DNA from: Mobula hypostoma
Taxonomy: Eukaryota
DNA length: 64,000 nucleotides
Direction: 5' to 3'
NCBI RefSeq assembly: GCF_963921235.1
Contig: NC_086108.1
Span: 109,308,001-109,372,000 of the forward strand
The notes under the pieces are model-generated. The model ran no database searches and was not told the DNA's origin. It saw only the letters and a list, made by a program, of their open reading frames with translations. Of this stretch, positions 59,791-64,000 are shown one piece after another (position 1 is the stretch's first letter; each line of letters opens with the position of its first letter). Position numbers and translations under genes: made by a program.

Positions 59791-62700
59791 AAACATCAAA
59801 TCTCTCTTTGCCTCCAAAGATGCTGGTGGGCCTGCTGAGTTCCTCCAGCAGATTTTGCTCCAGATTCCAGCATCTAGTCTCTTGAATCTCCTTTAAACCC
59901 TACGTTGGTGAAGGAGACACCCTCCCTGGCCAGTTCATTCAACTTCCCAATGCCTGGTTACATTGAACATAGAACAGTACAACACATGAACAGGTCCTTT
60001 GGCCCACAGACCACATAAATTAATAATCAAATGACCTACGCAATATCCATATCCTTCCATTCCCCCCATAGTCATGAGCCTATCTAAACATCTCTTACAA
60101 GTCCTGCATATATCTGCCTCCACCAGCACTAAAGGCAGTGCATTCCATGCACCCATCACTCTGTGTAAAAACAAAACTTACCTCTTGAAATTACCCCCCT
60201 CTCACCTTAAATGCATGCTCTCTAGTATTAGATTTTTCAACCCTAGGGAAAAAATACTGTTTATCTATCTATGCCTCTGACGTGCTACAACATATGGAGT
60301 CTGGCTCCTCTACAAGCCCCAGTGACATGTGTATTAAGAGGATGCTGTCCAAGTTACATGCCATCTTGGACAATGTCTCCCATCTGCTACATAATGTACT
60401 GGTTGGGCACAGGAGTACATTCAGCCAGAGACTCATTCCACCGAGATGCAACACAGAGTGTCATAGGAAGCCATTCCTGCCTGTGGCCATCAAACTTTAC
60501 AACTCCTCCCTTGGCGGGTCAGACACCCTGAGTCAATAGGCTGGTCCTGGATTTATTACCTGGCATAATTTAATTATTTATGGTGCAACTGTAACGAAAA
60601 CCAATTTCCCCTGGGATCAATAAAGTATGATTATGATTATGACTATTAACCCAGACAGACCCAACTGCTGCTGAATCAACTGTACTGTTTATATCATTTG
60701 GTAAAAAACAAGAGCTGTCATAATAGCAACCTTGGGCTCAACATCAGCAAGACCAGGGAACTGATTGTGAACTTCAGGAAGGGGCACTCCAGCCCTCACT
60801 GAGCGGTCAACAGTGGAAAGGATGAGCAGCTTCACGTCCCTGGGTATCAACATCTCTAAAGATCAAGGGTGTCTTCAAAAGGCAATGCCTCAGGAAGGTG
60901 AGATCCATCATTAAGGACCTTCACCAGTCGGGACATGCCCTATTCTCTTTAATACCATCATGAAGGAGGTACAGGAGCCTGAAGACACACACTGAATGTT
61001 TTAGGAACAGACTCTGCCCCTCAACCATCAGATTTCTGAATGGATAATGAACACAGGAACACTACCTCACTATTTTGCTCATTTTTTACACCACTTATCT
61101 TGTTTTTTTTAATACATATTTCAAAGTTTCAAAGGTTCATTTATTATCAAAGTATGTATGCAGTACACAGCTCTGAAATTCTTCTCCAGCTTGCCACAAG
61201 GAAAACCACAGAAGTTGTTCAAAAGAGAAACATCAAACCCAGCCCCCCGCACAAAAAAAAACAAACAGCAACATGATGATTAGCCCCAAAACACCCTCCC
61301 TCTGAACAAAAAATGAACTAAACACACATTCTGACGCAGAGGTCTACGCCCTCCCCCCACAATCCTCCTGGCAACAGTGAGCAATAGGACCACAGTCTCT
61401 AGCAGAGATCTGTCCCATCAGTGAATCAATAGACAGGCAGTCGGTGCTGAACCCTGGCTCGCCTTCCGCATTCGCCTCGATGTTCCAAGCACCCCCTCCA
61501 CCCTTCACCCGCACAAAAAAAAACTAACAAAACACAAAAGAACTCCATCCCCCAAACCCCCTCCCCTCGCTCAAAAGAACTAGCTAACTTGTTGTAACTG
61601 ATAGTATTTTTTAAAAGTATCGTGCTGTACTGCTGCCACAAAGCACATTTGATGACATATGTCAGTGATAATAAGCCTGATTGTCATTCCATCTACGACT
61701 CTCATCATTTTATAAACCTCTATCAGACAGTTTCCCTCATTAACTTGAACTTCCAACAATTTTATTGGCAAAATAAAATAGTGTTTTGTATTCATGGATG
61801 CAGGGAGAAACCTAACTAAAGGTGGTTGCCATTAAGTGTTTTCTGGATTTAAAAAAAATTGGGCCCCACTTGGCAAGAATGGATGGCTGCTTAAGCTTTA
61901 AATTAAAGTCCTCTATCATCAGGAAATAAATATTATACACTCGGTAGAAGGCTTCATTAGATTACAGTCTTGCAGACATATTCATTTAAGGAAAATTCAT
62001 TTTGATCTGCAGGCCAAAGCTGTTGATGGATTGCTCTATTGGTAGGCTGTAATGATATCCTAATTTGGGCCTCCAGATTTAGTGATGTTGTTCTGACATC
62101 AGTTAGTGCTATATCAATATGGTTATCGGTCATCTGCTTTGGAGCAGTTTGCTCAAGTCAGGATGGCGGTTTGGTGGCGAAGTCTGCACTACCTCCTGTT
62201 GCATATTGTAAAGCCACTTGCAGCCATTGTAAACCATGCCCTTGCTCGTACATTATTTACCATCCACAGTTGTTAGGAGCCGTAACAGGAATATAAATGT
62301 GAGCACGACACCAAGACAGGTAATGCTTTGAGTAAAATTACTTGCAGCAAAAACACTGTAGTTCCCAGTCAACTTTTGTCACGTTCAAGGCTCTATTTTA
62401 CCTGTAAACGTCAGAAATTTAGTTTAGAGGTGGTGGTTGCTGTCAAGTCCGATGGTGACAGGAAACCTGTGCAGAAGAGTTTTTAAAGTGGGAGTGCCAT
62501 TGCACTGGGGCACGTCCGCTCTCTTGGCCTCAGAAGTCCAAGTCTAGTGGTGCAAACAGGTGTCACAAACTGGGCTCTTCCTTGGTTGCCGTGGATGACC
62601 ATGACATCTCTTGTGCCACGTCATGCACTTCGCTCTCCACGAAGCATTGCGGAACTGCCTTCCTGGTTTCTGGATCTCACCCGCCCAGCCCACTGGAGCT

Positions 62701-62967
62701 GACATTGCATGCTGGGACAGGCATGCCCCCACCTCACCAGGGTGTGAGCCCCACCGGCCACCCTCACCTGGGTTAGCCTGCCTTGTGAAGTGATGTACTA
62801 GGGTTTGGCCAGCGTCGCAAACAGCTACTTGGAGCCACAGGTGAGAGCTGTGTGGCCAGTGTGGACCAAAGGCGAGTGAGCTGCCCCAGAATGGGCATGA
62901 CAAGCCACTTAACCAGAGGTACTACCCGTCTCTGGACACCCCATACACCCCTAATTTAGAAACATAG

Positions 62968-63604
62968 TGTAACGGCCTTTGCTCCAACTGACTTCCGTTG
63001 CCTAGGGTGAATAGCCGTCAACCCTGCCAGACAGTGCTTTGGTGCAGTTACGGTGTGAGGCGCCCAATGATCAGCTACGACACAAATATCAAACAATATA
63101 CCAAGTGCGAGTAAGGAATTATACTTTAGCAAGTTTTGGTGATGGGTTAGTAGCAACAACTAAAAGAAAAGGCACCACATAAGTAACTGATCAGTCTTGT
63201 GCACATAATATTTTAATACATTGGAGCTCACGCCTCCGATTCCATCCACAACGTCCTTCCGAGACTCCAGCCACCATCTGAACCCCCCGAGGTCCGGTAT
63301 CTGTCGCCCTGGAACCGCTGTCTGTTCCCCGCACATCCGTCCTCTCTGCTCGCCTCCCCAAAAAAGCCCGTGCTCCTCAACTCAGCACACACATACAAGA
63401 CAACATAACATGACTTCCATCGGCTAGCAAATGAATACAATTTCCATTATCACTAAGTATAACCCAAACATTGCTGTTACAGAGAACCCCTTGCTCAGCA
63501 GTTAACAGTACCAGAAGCCATTTTGGTATAACACTTCAGAGAAGCCATTTTGGTAATAAGTAATTAACAGTTAACATCCATCTAGTATTACTGAGAACCC
63601 TACA
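62968..63604. mobile_element. Solo LTR (637 bp)
   Basis: TGTA...TACA termini; flanks atag/acag; internal direct repeat agaagccattttggta. Confidence 0.65.
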
Positions 63605-64000
63605 ACAGTATGGTAACTGGTCCTTCCAGCCCAATGAGCCGATACTGCCCAATTACACCCATATGATCAAATAACCCACTAACCTGTAACCTTTGGAATG
63701 TGACAGGAAACTGGAGCACTGAGAGGAAACGCACAAGGTCACTGGGAGAAGGTACAGAGAGTGGGAGGAATTGAACCCCAGGTGCTGGTACTGTAAAGGA
63801 ATGTGCTAACCGCTAAGCCACTGTGCCTCCCCAAGAGGACAATGAAATCGCAATTAACACTAATTTAATTCAAACGGGAGTAGAAGATCACAGATTGGTT
63901 TTACTTGTACTCTGCAATGGGTTGAAGTGACTGTGTGCTGAACTATTCTAAAAATAAGTTGTTTAGAGACAAGAACAACGTGCTCAAAATGCTGGAGGAA

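Overview
Repeat-dense vertebrate genomic DNA. The repeat spectrum (CR1 LINEs, V-SINEs, Rex1/Babar LINEs, Penelope-like elements, RTE/Vingi-derived non-autonomous elements) points by inference to a cartilaginous fish, probably a ray. Nearly all ORFs in the track are transposon fragments or low-complexity artefacts. Only one credible host coding signal is visible: a minus-strand exon (13121-12943) with good splice sites, a short 5'UTR and an ATG-led signal-peptide-like frame; the gene is unidentified. Most notable observations: (1) minimal hammerhead ribozyme motifs in the tails of the Penelope-like elements, including a short TSD-flanked copy with an intact core; (2) an inverted pair of ~240-bp non-coding elements 7 kb apart, whose shared blocks resemble POU, K50-homeodomain and Maf sites; (3) several solo LTRs with TSDs; (4) local inverted/templated duplications and an old ~11-kb-spaced duplication; (5) internally deleted LINE derivatives. 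Coordinates of degraded repeats are approximate and family names come from recalled motifs, not database searches.
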